A stretch of DNA of 57,719 nt, filler included, from Sphacelaria rigidula (Eukaryota): assembly GCA_964200075.2 (NCBI GenBank). It is 4 parts of 4 records of this genome, joined end to end, with 100 filler letters (N's around TTAATTAATTAA, not from the genome) between each part and the next. Parts side by side here need not be neighbours in the genome. Positions count along the whole stretch, not along the records: positions 1 to 14,357 come from CAXNAA020002296.1; 3 more parts are not named here. One strand, given 5' to 3'. Both the position numbers and the translations under genes were made by a program. Below are positions 1 through 12,115 of this stretch, one piece after another. Numbering within the stretch: position 1 is the first letter of the stretch; every line of letters begins with the position of its first letter. The notes under the pieces were generated by a model. That model was given only the letters and a program-made list of their open reading frames with translations. It was not told the origin of the DNA and searched no databases.

Positions 1-253
1 AGGGATGGGACTTCAACCTCATATTATGTTTCAACCCCAAGAATTAGGATCGGCTGTTTTACGGTACTTGTAATAATGTGCGCTTCAAGGCAACTCTGTG
101 AAGCTCCCAAGAGTATAGTATGGCGGCGCGTGCACCGCGCCAAGTTGATAAAGAACAGTGGATTCTCGAAAATAGGATGGAACAAAAAAATGGGGTCCAA
201 GTCAAAAGTCGCGTTTCGCCTGGCCTGAATTCATGAAAAATGACTTTCATGTG

Positions 254-491
254 GACGATCTCATCCCTCCCGATCTCCCCACCTAGAACTATTTAGGGGG
301 ATTTCTAGCCTTCCGTTCCACCAAACAGTATGCGCAAAAGCGCACTTTCACCTCGATTTCGGGGGTGAAAAAAATATCCTTTGGGGGCCAAAAATCGTGC
401 TTTCATTTCGCACATACCCTTTGGAGGAACGGAAGGCTTGAAAATCCCCGAAATAGTTTTGGGGAGGTCGGGAGGGATGTGAGGTTGTCCA
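254..491. repeat. Imperfect palindromic (foldback/MITE-like) element
   Basis: Left arm gacgatctcatccctcccgatctcccc...ccttccgttcc is mirrored by right arm ggaacggaagg...ggggaggtcgggagggatgtgaggttgtcc. Confidence 0.65.
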
Positions 492-2637
492 TCTGTGTGT
501 GTGTTGTCGTCCCACCTATTCTGGACGCCGGTCTACAGCTTTCAATTTCATGTGTGGGCGCATCAGCTGGGGTCAACAGGAGGAAGGTCAACACGGGAGT
601 TTGTTGTTTGTTGTTCGTGTTTAGAGCTATAATAGTACTCCACCTTCCTTCTGCGGTGCATGCCTTCATTTTTTTTTCGCGAGAGAGGTTTCAGCAGTCC
701 CTTTCCCTCGTCGACCGTTGAGTCGAGTTATGAAAGCCAATCGTCATGAATTCAGGTCAGGGAAAGAACAGCTTTTGAGTTGAACCTCATTATTTGTTCA
801 ACCCCATTTTCGAGAATCCACTTTTAGAGGGTGTTATAGGGAGCATCGCCCACACTGCCTTGAGCAAAGCTTGCGGACGTTCGAGGCGCCTTCCCCATAC
901 GACTGCCACGAGGCAGTATAGCCAAGCCTTCGGGTAATCGGCACACGAACTCGCTTGCGAGGTAAGGCTAGGTTGGATCTTCCTTCCGTCAAGGGGAAAA
1001 AATAAGAAGAAGAAAAAAGGCACCCCTGTTGTCACCAGTGAGTGACCAACGATCCGACCGGTGGATTCGCTATATATATGGGATCGAAAGAGAGATCTCG
1101 CTGTAGTGACCCATGTGTGATTCTTAGTCTGTGATCCGGTGGATCAGTTTGATGGGCACGACTGTGAAAGCCGATCAGAGGACACGTCTCGCAGCCGATA
1201 CGGTTTGAGTAGAAATTTTAGTTGTTGTCAGGTAGCCGAAAGGAGGAGTGATCTCAGGTGCACGAATGGCCGCACGTCAAACATCAACCAGAAACTCACC
1301 CATGTCTCGGATACGTATTACGGCTAAATCCCGCCACGTGTGACGGTCAAAACACATGGCACAACCGCATCACGAGTGTACTTTATTTTTTTATAGACCC
1401 AGCATCGGCGACCCTATATACTGATGACTGTTTATAGGAACAAGATGCTCCTGCTACTGTACGAAAGACCAGTCTGAAAGCTTGGTTCAAACCGCAGTCC
1501 CGCAGCGTTACCGTCGTGTCTCGGCATTTTCAGTGAGGTCGCGTATTTCAAAGACAAGATGCACAGGGTTTATGAGATCCATAGCGTTTGTAAATTTCGG
1601 CGCCTGTCGACAGCTAGACTCAACTACGCATTCTCACTGAATATCGCTGCTCGAGTTGATGGGCATCTACCAAGCGGTCGTCACCTGTGGCCCGCGGCAT
1701 CCGTGATACTTCCTCTGGAATTGTCTGACGAGAATTTATTTCATCATCATCTTGTGTTGTGATTACGGGTCAGATAAGAAACGAGTACATTGACATGATG
1801 GAAAACGCGGAACGGTGCTGGTGGTCTCCCTCTTGATCTGGGTTTGGCTCGCGAAGGCGTTGGACTGCGGCAATTTTTGCCCCGTCCGTGTTCCTCACAA
1901 AACACATCACCCCTTCTAGTGTGAAGATCTACTGTGTTATGGAGGTAAGAACTCACAGAAAGCTGCAACCACTGAAACAAATTGTTATGTACACGGTGGA
2001 CTGTGCACCGCAACATCACTACTGTCGTCACAGTCAGTAGCTGTCGGCATAGCAGCTTGCACCGAAGCAGACTGTTCCAAACCCATTCCGCGATGATGAC
2101 AATACCACCTGTCCTCGACTTCTCCAGTATCCGCGGCGGTTGATCGTACGATCACGTCTAAAAGAGTTGTATTGTTGGAGATAATCGATCGAGAGTACTG
2201 ATTTAGCGGGTTCGTTCGGCGGTGCAGGATTGTTCGGGGATTCTAAACGTACCGGGGGTGCTATACACCGTCATACGCGCTATGCGCTATTACTGAGTAA
2301 GGGTGACTGTGCCGTTATGTACTGCGCGGTACTTTCTGTAGTTCATGAAACTTGAGCTTACGCCGCTACCGGCTGCGCCCGCCATGTATCCAAGCCCCGG
2401 CTCAGCCTTCCCCCCGGAGTATCGCTTGGCCACTACCCCATTAATTTTCGCCTCGGCTCGATGGAGTGGTCTCTCCGCAGGCTGGGGATGAGGGTACGTT
2501 GGTGTTACTCCCAGCATATCGAAATATCGCGATAGGTGAAACTTACGGTGATGCCTAGAGTTTGAACATCAAACGCTGAATGTAATGAATTGAGGAAGTA
2601 TTTTGATTTTTTTTCAAGATGAACTTTTGGAACTTTA

Positions 2638-3572
2638 GACCGACTCCAATGGAAACCGTTCAAAATTCCTGTTCAAAACTGCCTTCTTGGCCCTTCTCCG
2701 CCGTTTTACGCCTGAAAAGAGGGATAGGCGGATTTTGACGCGTTGGAATGACTTGCTTTACTCATTGAGACCGTTCCAGGGCAACTTTGCATTCCCGCTG
2801 GCCGCATTTTTATATTTGGCTGAACACGGATTTTGATTGAAAATCGGTCAAGCGATCAAAATACTGGGGGAGATTTTGATCACCTGGCCGTTTTTTATTA
2901 CAAACTCGTGTTTGACCTGGTTTTTTCAAAAACGAAAGTGCGACCAGCGGGAAATGCAGAGTTGCCCTTGAACAGTCTCGACGATCCCAAGGCGCCAACA
3001 TCCGCCAAGCCCTCTGTTCGAGCGTTAATCGACGGAGAAGGGCCCAAAAGGTAGTTTTCGACAGAAGTTTTCAGCGGCTCCCATTAGGCCGACTCTAATG
3101 GCAGCCGTTCAAAATTTCAGTTCAAAACTGCCTTTTTGGCCCTTCTCAGTCGATTTACGCCCGAAAAGAGGGCTGGGCGGATGTTGACGCCTCGGAATGA
3201 CTTGCTCTACTCGTTGAGGCCGTTCTAGGGCAACTTCGCATTTCCCGCTGGCCGCACTTTTGTTTCTGGCCAAATGAGGCGAGGCACGGATTTTCAGTAA
3301 AAAACAGTCAGGTGATGAAAATTTCCCCCTGTTTTCTGATTGCTTGACCGTTTTTTTGTTGGAAATCCGTGTTTGGTCAAAAAATGAAAGTGTGGCCAGC
3401 GGGAAATGCTAGGTTGCCCTGGGACGGCCTCAATAAGTAGAGCAAGTCATTCCGAGGCGTCAACATCCGCCTAGCCCTCTTTTCAAGCGTAAAACGACGG
3501 AGAGGGGCCAAAAAGGCAGTTTTGAGCAAGAATTTTGAACGGCTCCCAGTAGAGTCGGTCTTAGAGTTCGCC
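2638..3572. mobile_element. Long-TIR MITE (PIF/Harbinger/Tourist-like), outer copy
   Basis: Begins TTA|GACCGACTCCAATGG and is internally palindromic. Its right TIR (cggctcccatta...gagttcgcc) is split by a second copy at 3087-3560. Confidence 0.7.
3087..3560. mobile_element. Long-TIR MITE (PIF/Harbinger/Tourist-like), nested copy
   Basis: Termini GGCCGACTCTAATGGCAGCCG...CGGCTCCCAGTAGAGTCGGTC, with TTA on both flanks (3084-3086, 3561-3563). Most of the 474 bp is self-complementary. Confidence 0.8.
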
Positions 3573-5478
3573 TTTCCGTTTCTTCCGGTTCGTTTTTTTC
3601 CCTCGTTCTTTGCAACAAATTATGAGGGAAAAATACCGCTAGGAAAATACTGTGGGAGATTTTGACCCCAGCTTACGGTTGCAGATATATTTTTGACGGT
3701 GCACTTGTTACTGTAATGAATTTGTTTCGCGACATGTAGCCCGCCATGCGCTGTTCAGTCAATATTACAACAATGCAGTACGGACCGTGTACCACGACAC
3801 GACAGCAGAGTGCTGTGTCTCTCTCGCGCGCCCCAGAATTTTAAAATAATACCCACATGCCTTGCAGAAGGGGATGAAAACTGATTTCCGGTTTTGACAA
3901 GGTCTTGAGCACATAAGAACGGTTGCTTGAGAAGAAACTGTTGGAGAACCTATTAGTGAAAAGGGTTTTCTGACGCAAACGAAGTGGTTTTATCCAGGGA
4001 TCTCACAAGTTGCAACTGGATTTCTTGTTAAAAAGAACGAGGTCACACATCGCGGCCGGATGTTTTATTGCATTTTTGTTCTTGAGAATACTTCGATGCT
4101 TAGTAAAGGCATCTCAAACTCGATATTCCCGGTATTTTTCAGTAATGTACCGTTGGAAATGTCCGGAACCTCGAGTTTGAGATACTGTACCACTTGTAAG
4201 GCCACTTCCCATGTGTAAGAAAGAAAATATTTTGAAAAAAAATGGTCTTCCTCCGTCGCTTTTAGCCCGAAATGAGGGTTAGGCAATTAGTGTATACAAT
4301 ATCTACAGTAACGACCACTTTTCGGCCTTGTTCACCCTGCATGCATACAAGCAAACAATAATGTTGTTGTGCCACGCATTGTGATGCGTCAAAATCGAAC
4401 GACCACAAGGCGTTAGATTATGTCACGGTAGATGGAGCCAACAAAATAAGCTGCCAAGTTGTCAAATTGGTTCCACAGGTCCTGAAAAATGCCAATGAAA
4501 AAAGGCGACCGAAGATATTTATTCCGGTGCGGCAGGGGGCGGACTCGGTTGTTGCTTGCAATAGCCGTTTGACCATTGACCACGCATCCTTTCCGAGACG
4601 GAAGGACGGGGGGGCGGGGACAGGGTGAACTCATGATCGGGGGGGGGCACGGGGGAGGGTGTTCCAGGAAAATTGTCCTTCACTGCCCTTGAGCAAGCAG
4701 GGATATTGTTTTCATTTTCCCCCTGAGACGTTTTGGGCTACACTGAGAATCGGACAAGATAAAACTGTATACGATTTCAACGTGAATTTTGATTTTCCTC
4801 GTCTGACCGCTGAATACATACCTTCAACGCGTAAATATTTGATGGCGAAGAGGAGAGGGTGCAACATCCTCTCAAAGGCGTTCCACCGCCATGAACTTCG
4901 GACTCCTCAACTGTTGAAATAGGCGTGAGACGCGCCAATAAATGATTGCTCTCGTGAATGTTTCATGTATCGCCATATAAGGCCGCCTGCTTTGTATATA
5001 GTATGTAGATGAGATGCGAAATAACCAAGCAAAACCGTCCCTTGTTCGCTTTTTTTGTCGATAGTCTAGGGTGATGATCCACCACATATTGTTGGAAAGT
5101 CGCTTCCACGTACTTCTTGCCGATGCCGGAACAATCGGTGACTTCGCTGTCGGTGTGGGGATAAGTGCCGAACTTTTTTTTTTGTCATTCTGAAGCATGC
5201 AAGCACGTGTCTAGGAGGTAAAGATCTAGTGCTCCTCCACCAGTGAAGATTGTGGCGTTGGAAAAGCTCTTGGAGACCTTTCATTCGACCACAAGAAATG
5301 TTTGGGTGTCGATGCTATAGAGGCGTCACCCTGGCCGAAAGTCAACGCCAAACCCACGCGTGGGTATCATTCCTGTGTACGCGACGGATACAGCCATCAT
5401 GTCGTTGGAAGATGTCGGTGTGTGAAGATGCGGTACCGATGATCACGTACCCCAAAGCAAACGCAGTTAATGATGACT

Positions 5479-5727
5479 GACACTTTCTACGATAGCCCCC
5501 CCCCCGAAACCAGCCCGAAAGTGTCACGAAAAAAATGGCCATACAGCGCCTGACGTTTGGGTTCAGGCTGCATAAAGCGCCTCATATTGGTAACATTGGC
5601 GAGAACGAACCCAAGCGTGGGAATTCCCAGCTGCTTGTTGTGCTCGGCTTTTCCCAACTCAATTTACGTAAAGATTTTGCCTCCCAAAACCATGCACTTT
5701 TGGGGGGGGGCTATGGTAGAAAGTGTC
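5479..5727. mobile_element. 249-bp MITE with ~24-bp TIRs
   Basis: GACACTTTCTACGATAGCCCCCCC ... GGGGGGGCTATGGTAGAAAGTGTC (one mismatch), with GACT on both flanks (5475-5478, 5728-5731). Confidence 0.75.
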
Positions 5728-5880
5728 GACTTTGTTTCCTGCCGGGCTAGCCGTGGTACCCATACACTGTTGGCCGACTCCTGATTGCAAATCGACGCAA
5801 GCGATGCTGTGATCGTCCGCCCGCCAAAAAGTCTTTTTATGTGGGTTCACGCCCGCCCCCGTCCCTCGCCGCTCACGTAG

Positions 5881-6189
5881 GGCTCAGTTGACACTCCTGA
5901 CGCACTCGGAGCTTCTACTGCCGTCGATAGCAGCACCGATTCTGTCGCAGCAGTAGCAGCTGCTGCCGATGCCGGTTGCGGCGGTATGACCCTGCTTGAG
6001 GTGCAAAGCGAGCAGCTGGCCATGAAGCTCCAACGAGAACTGAACGCGGGAAGTTCCGCTGATTATGACAGCGGTAATGCCGGTGGTTTATCTACCAGCG
6101 GCCCTACCGATCACCGGGTGTTCGGAGGGGGTCCTTCGATAGAAGTTGCTGCGCAGCAGGAGCAGCAACAGTCGTCGTTACCTGGTCAG
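5881..6189 (+). CDS. RIOK3: RIOK3-like (RIO family atypical kinase), N-terminal exon A (partial gene)
   Basis: Acceptor cacgtag at 5880, donor gtgagt at 6190, phase 0. Encodes TLLEVQSEQLAMKLQ, which resembles the animal RIOK3 N-terminal motif SLADVMSEQLAKELQ (recalled from memory). The start codon or an upstream exon is not established; the ATG at 5986 is possible. Confidence 0.65.
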
Positions 6190-7614
6190 GTGAGTTTTCA
6201 AAATTAGTCCCTTTGAGTCAGGTGACTCGAAAATGACATTACAAGGGAACAGGAGCCACAGAATCCTTTGGTAGCCTAAAATCCGTCGGGTAGAAGGGAG
6301 ACGGGGGTGGGGGAGGGAGTGCGGTGCACCTTTTCTATGTTCTAGCCACCACAGTCGCGTTCGTACTGAGTTGTTGTAAAGGGTCCAGCTGTTTCATGTG
6401 CCGTCATTCGAATTCGGCGTCGTACCAAGTTATCATGTAAAAGTGAAATGCTTCCCTGGCAGTAGATGATTGTACCCGAAGTTTTTTTTTTAATTGAAAT
6501 CATGTCAAACGTGTCGCGCCTTGCTGGCGCGTCAAAAGTATTTTTGATGCATAGTAATTCCGCCCCGTGCGCATCGTACTGTACACAGGCAACGCAGAAA
6601 CACACTTGGGCATCTTGCCTGATTTCCCGTTGCCCCCGTTCGAATAATGATGGAGTGGAATTCCAAAAGTTCAACTCGGGTAGCTGTCAGTGGTCTAGAG
6701 CATTGCTTCCCCAGTGCGCTGAGTGAACTCCCCACACTCCACAAACGCACGAGAAAGTACTGGGGTCGCTCGAAAAGCTCAAACCTCCACGACAGGGATG
6801 AGCGCGCGTCGATCATAATAGAGGTGACGACGTTCCACGGCAAGCTACCGGAGGAACAATTTAGTATACTGCGGTGAGGCTAATTTTGTCGATTCCGATG
6901 CCGAAGCCAACACGAACAAGCATGGCGCTTGACGTGACTGTGCTCGGGTTCCAACCTTTCCAACGGCAAGTTCTTCGTCGCAGGAACAGCTTCACGTACG
7001 TCGTATTGCGCTGACGCTTGATTCTCGGTTTCGAAGTCGGCGTGCGTAAACTTTTCGTTGCAGGAAGTTCACGGTACGCCGATCACGCCCACTCCACTCT
7101 ATTTTCATATATTTCTTTGCCACTGTTGTGTCGCCGTGGCCTGGGGTCTCGGGGGTTGAGGCGACGCCTGAGAGTCAGAGTTTAGCTTCATCTTCTTCCG
7201 GCACGACTCCGCGTGTGAGATTCAAAGCAAGCTCTCATGTCTTGCAGCGTACTGTAGCACGATGCACGCGGGAACAACCACGAATTCCGCCAACGCGATT
7301 TCACCCCCGGAGAAGCACCGCTTTCCCACGTTGGTACCCTCGGTTGGAGGTCTTGGTGATCGCGAGTCTGATCCGGCGAAAACACGGCCTGCTCCGTCCC
7401 GGCTTCGAAGCGAGGTCAACGGTCATATGAGTACGGCATGCAAGATCGTGAGTACACGCGTCCCGTTGGAGGTCTCCCTGTTGGGAGTAGGAACGGTGTA
7501 CCGTCTCGAAAGGGATGCGTGGTCAATGGTCGAATGACAAAGGCAATCAACAAATGAGTACGCTCCCCCTCCCCACTCCCCCTGCCTGTCTTATGCCTTC
7601 TTTTGCCTCATGAT

Positions 7615-7917
7615 GAGACAGACACCTATGAGGCAGTGTGTAAGCTGTGGCTGTCTCTAGGAGTGGCGATGCCAGAAAATGAAACAACTCATTGTAGGCT
7701 GTCATCCAAGTGCAAGATAATCAGTAGGCTTCTGATCGAACAATCTTAGCAGGATGCAGCTCCACCTTCATGCGACTCGCCGAACACACCACGGCGCCTC
7801 GCGCTTGGTGATTGAGTGCGAGCCTGGTCCGACGAAAATCCAGCGTGCTCCGTTTCGGCTTGTAGGGATGCGAGGTCGATGATCTTCTGACTATGGCATG
7901 CATGATCATGAGTGCAC
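7615..7917. repeat. Dispersed ~300-bp repeat family ending ...GCATGCATGATCATGAGTRCAC
   Basis: Aligns by eye with 16218-16521, 7340-7460 and 15955-16005, and in reverse orientation with 32294-32395 and 57673-57719. Confidence 0.8.
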
Positions 7918-7919
7918 CC

Positions 7920-7948
7920 CCTGCCTGCCTGCCTGCCTGCCTGCCTGC
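7920..7948. repeat. (CCTG)n microsatellite
   Basis: About 7 direct units in the pyrimidine tract upstream of exon B. Confidence 0.9.
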
Positions 7949-7985
7949 TGTGCACGTCTCACGGTGACTACCAAAGCCAAAGCAG

Positions 7986-8333
7986 CCCACCATGCCACCA
8001 GTTCAAGGCGTATGGTCAACCTCTGGTCCCACCGCGGCTGATCTTCTCCGCGCATCCAATAAGGAGGCCGATATTGGTCAATCATTGGTCCAACTTGGAG
8101 GGATTTCCACCGGGGAGAGTAGCGTTGGCGGCGCGCCCCCGTTATCGGTGGTGCCGCTCACTGCTGAGTCCGTGGGTGCGCTGGTGGAGATGGGTATCGA
8201 CGAAGCCACGGCAGCAGCGGCTTTGCGGAGATGCGGCGGTTCGGACGTCACAAGAGCGTTGGACTTTTGCTTCTCGCATGACATGGATCCTCTGGTGGAG
8301 GAAGACTCACGATCGGTCGCCGCTGCACCCCAG
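7986..8333 (+). CDS. RIOK3: RIOK3-like gene, exon B encoding a UBA domain
   Basis: Acceptor agcag at 7985 (in-frame alternatives start at 7977 or 7983), donor gtgatt at 8334, phase 0/0. LVEMGIDEATAAAALRRCGGSDVTRALDFCFSH fits the UBA consensus (L..MG.....A..AL......V..A.d.l). Confidence 0.7.
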
Positions 8334-8689
8334 GTGATTCAATCGAAAGGCAGTGTGGTGGGCCATAGCGGCATTTTCTTCCGCAATATATATATATATA
8401 TATATAAACAAGGGCCCTTGCCGGCCTTCGGCCAGCTGCAGCCCCTTTTTTAGCGGGTCACGGCCGACGCGTTATCGACATCCACGCTCTCGTTTCTGTC
8501 GTCGTTGGTGTTTTCGCTTTGGTGCGGAGGCTGAGAAGAGCACTATTCATCGTGTGGACCGGCAGCGGTGCAGTTGCCGGTGCAGTTTAACAACCGCACG
8601 AGTGGGGGGGGGGAAGCGCTCACTTCGAGTCTCGATAGAGTACCCTCCGAATTTTATTTTTTGTCGTCGTATTGGAAGAAACAAAAGTG

Positions 8690-9060
8690 ACTCCCGGGGT
8701 GGAAAAACTGTGTTTTAACACCACAACACTCATGGGAGAAAGAATGTCCGAGCCAGGACTCGAACTCGTCCCCCGGTGTGACAAAATCGTGTTTTACTTG
8801 AGCACTACGAGCGGGGGGAAAAAAGCGCCTAGGCGAGGGCTCGAACCCGGGCGTCAATGTGTGCTTTCAGCCGAATTCTAGTCTCGGCAGAGCATTTTTA
8901 ATTTCAAGTTTTTGTCGTCGCATGACAAGAAGCGGAAACAACTGTCGGTGTATAAACTGTGTTCCAATACCGCAACGCGAACGGGAAAAAAAACATGCCC
9001 GAGCCATTACTCGAACTCGACCCCCGGCGTGAAGAAATCGTGCTGTACTCAAGCACCACG
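8690..9060 (-). repeat. Cluster of tRNA B-box-like (SINE-like) repeats
   Basis: Minus-strand GGTTCGAGCCC / AGTTCGAGT motifs recur at ~8757, ~8837 and ~9010 within related ~70-bp units. No complete cloverleaf. Confidence 0.4.
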
Positions 9061-11547
9061 AATATAATGGCAAAAGCTGCACCCGCTCTAAATTTGTACT
9101 AAAATTAGTACGTCAAATCTCACCCCGCTCACGAGAGACTACCTCCCTGTGTACCCGCTCTAAATTTATGTAGAAATTACGAACGTGCGGAAAATTCGAC
9201 GAGGCTCGCGACGCGGCGTCGTCGTTGCGCGTTTCCCGTATCCCCGCCGAATCGCTAGATTCAATTCGATGTGCGTTGACGATATCAACGGGTTTCGACT
9301 GCGAAAACTGCTGTTGCGTCGAACCTCATACGCTGGGTGTCCGCAACAATAGAAATTTCTCATCGACGCATAATCCGTTCAATAATAATCGGTAGTTGAG
9401 GCAGGCAGTAGCATGGTCGTGGATGCAGACGGAATGATGTGGTCACAGCAGCACAAATTGAAGCAAAAATCGCAACGATGCTCATCGCTGACCATAGTTT
9501 TTCACAACATTACCGTAGTTATCAAGTAGCCGGTGAGTCATGTGTATCACAGGTGAAGGAGGCGGATAACACACGCTGATGATAAACGTCCGATTACGTG
9601 GCACAATCTATTTCTCATGCAATGACGAGATTCTCCCGGGCGCAATCGATTCCCACACGTGACCGCGTGCAGAACCGGGTCACGTGCGGAGTGCATGCCG
9701 GTGTGGTTGGGCGAGGTTCTGCTCAAGCACATAGCGACTGCGTTCTCCTTATCAGCTGTCGAGCGGTCGTGAACGTAACTGTTGCAGGACCCCCACCATG
9801 ACGCGTCCGTTCGAACGGTCTTGAAGGCGACTGTACGATTACACACCTAGAACCCGACACATACTGTAGCACGAACAACGCGGACTGGATACGTAGGACG
9901 GCCATTCGACCTTACAGACATCTCCCGGGCGGGTGCGGGGGGTCTTGTACACTAGCTAGAGCATACATCTTATGGACGCCTCCGTACGATAAAGACCGAA
10001 CGCTCGTGAGCCGTCCAAATCTTATGTAGAGATACAAATATTATACAGAGGTACATACATTTGTCGTTTCTTCTCCGCTCTGCGTATGTGCTGTCTGTGT
10101 ATCTTGTGACCTAACCATGGCTGGCTTCGTGGCGGGTCAGTTTTGTGGAACATGTCACAATACACCAATCGATCAATCGAGGTAGTCGATGAAAATCACC
10201 ACAAACAGTAAGGGGTGCTTTTGAGCAAGGGGGTGTGTGGTGGCAAGCTGTCGGGGAAAACCAGGCATCTCACACGGAACTAATTCGTTGCCACAGGGTA
10301 TACGGTACACGCTGCGCCCCCGGTCGTATGACTGGTACATGTTGAAACCGTTAACGCGCGGATTGGGGGGGTTCAAATCCGACGACCGTAGATTCGTTGT
10401 CTCTCTGTGGAGTGATGTGACTTCTGTCGCTCGGACCGTCGAGATTTTAGTGGAGAAGAACAGTTTCTTCACGGAAATCGACGCGGTACGGGGGTGCTGT
10501 TCCGACAGGCGATGCCAAAATGCGAGGTATGTGCCCGGGAGGGGGGGGAGATGGGTTGATGCCGCGAGCCTACCAACTTGTCCCGAGGAAGGAGAGAGCT
10601 TGGAAGTGTGACGGATGGATACATCATGTCGTGGTCCGAGTTGTGACTTATTGGCTGGTTGATTGTCGCACATTGATCTATCTGCAAATTAAACTAGCCA
10701 TGACTACGATATATAGGTGTGCAGGGACTGAAGAACAAGGGACAAATGAGACGGAAACACCTCGCTAGAGGAAACTGCGGTCGAGTCGTCTACGGTCTTG
10801 AGTGGTACCGCGTTGTATTTTGTGTTTGTGGTGGTGGGGTGGGTTTAACAGTGTTCATGTTTCGATTTGTTTTGGTTCCGGTTTTGATTATTCAGTCCAC
10901 TCTTGTTTGCCTTGTTGTCATATTTTTATTTTTCTCACTCACGATGGCCATTGTTTCTAGACAACATTTCCGTTTTGTTCACCTCGGGTACGTCTCTCGG
11001 GCGGCAATGGCCGGGTCCATCGGGAACCAGTTATTTAGCGACAATCAGTGCGTCTTTAATGTGTGGCGTACCCGCGACTGTTCGTGTCGGCGTTGTTTTG
11101 CTTTGTGCACTTCAAGCACCAGGACATTTCACTCTAGTGGGTCTCGCACGATTGACGCAGGGTAATCACGAGAAGAAGCGCAAAGGTAGAGGGGTTGTGT
11201 ATCGGGAAAATAAAGCACCCTCCTCTTCGCCCGCCAACCCCGCCAGCTCCCGATCAACGATCCCGATAGTCATCCCACCCGGGAAACTCATTCGCCGAGA
11301 ACCCCTTTTGCTTCGTGTTGTGTTCAAGCTATTTGATCGGACCAACAATAGCGCCTTTACCCCCCCCCCCTTCCCTGATCTGAACTGCTGTCCATCGCAC
11401 ACGATTCAAAGCACTGGCTTCAGTTGTTTGTCTGCCGGAAAATTTCATAGCCCTTCCAGTATTTGCTGTTTTTGAACCAAATGTTAGTGTTCATCATCAT
11501 GATGCATTTAGTTTTGTTCATCTTGTTTCCGTTATACACACACGACT

Positions 11548-11614
11548 GTTGTTGCTGTTGTTGCTGTTGCTGTTGCTGTTACTGTTCTTGTTTCCGTTGG
11601 TGTCGTTGTTGTTG
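11548..11614. repeat. (GTT/GCT)n low-complexity microsatellite
   Basis: Direct gttgct repeats just upstream of the exon C acceptor. Confidence 0.85.
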
Positions 11615-11672
11615 GTGTGCGCCACAGTACTGACGACTCCTGTGCCTCCCCTCCCTACCCCCGAACGATCAG

Positions 11673-12115
11673 GATATCGACACGGATATGGCCTTCGCCA
11701 TGGCACTGGAACAAGAAGAACGTCGTGCATTCGAAGCACGTCGCCGCGCAGCCGCGGCGGGATTATCCGTCGACGGCAGTGCCCTCGGATCCAAGATCCA
11801 GATTGGGGGCGCGCCGGTCGCCCCCGCTGCCAGCGGCAGTAGTGTGGGGAAGGGCAGGAAATGGGGTGCTGCAGACGCGGAAAATATGAAGAGCAGTGTT
11901 GTGTTGGGGGGGGAGCGTGGTGATGGTGACGATGAGGTGTGTGGTGGTCTTGGGTTTGATCAAGGGTCGGTGAAGGGTGCTGAACCGGGGGAGGATGACT
12001 TGGAGGAGGAGTTTGTGGCTGTGCCCGGCGGAGGCCGGAGGAAAGGGAAGATGCCGCTATTCCGGAATGCTGATGGAGAGGTTGTGTCGAAGCACGATGC
12101 GGTTATATGCGGAAG
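11673..12115 (+). CDS. RIOK3: RIOK3-like gene, exon C; kinase domain not on this contig
   Basis: Pyrimidine tract plus cag acceptor at 11672, donor gtattt at 12116 (phase 2). DIDTDMAFAMALEQEE and VVSKHDAVICGR resemble the RIOK3 motifs IDTSSDLMLAQMLQME and ITTKHDEVVCGR (recalled from memory). Confidence 0.75.

Noticed and set aside
2461-2493. Possible first exon of the RIOK3-like gene (MEWSLRRLGMR|gtacgt)
   Set aside because: Phase-compatible but very short, with no homology or other support.
4850-5460. Harbinger-type DDE transposase remnant on the minus strand
   Set aside because: Only a vague resemblance (YIQS..R...WR); catalytic motifs could not be established without a profile search.
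11549-11842. Secreted protein with a poly-Leu signal peptide
   Set aside because: The Leu run is a GTT/GCT microsatellite read out of frame with the real exon.
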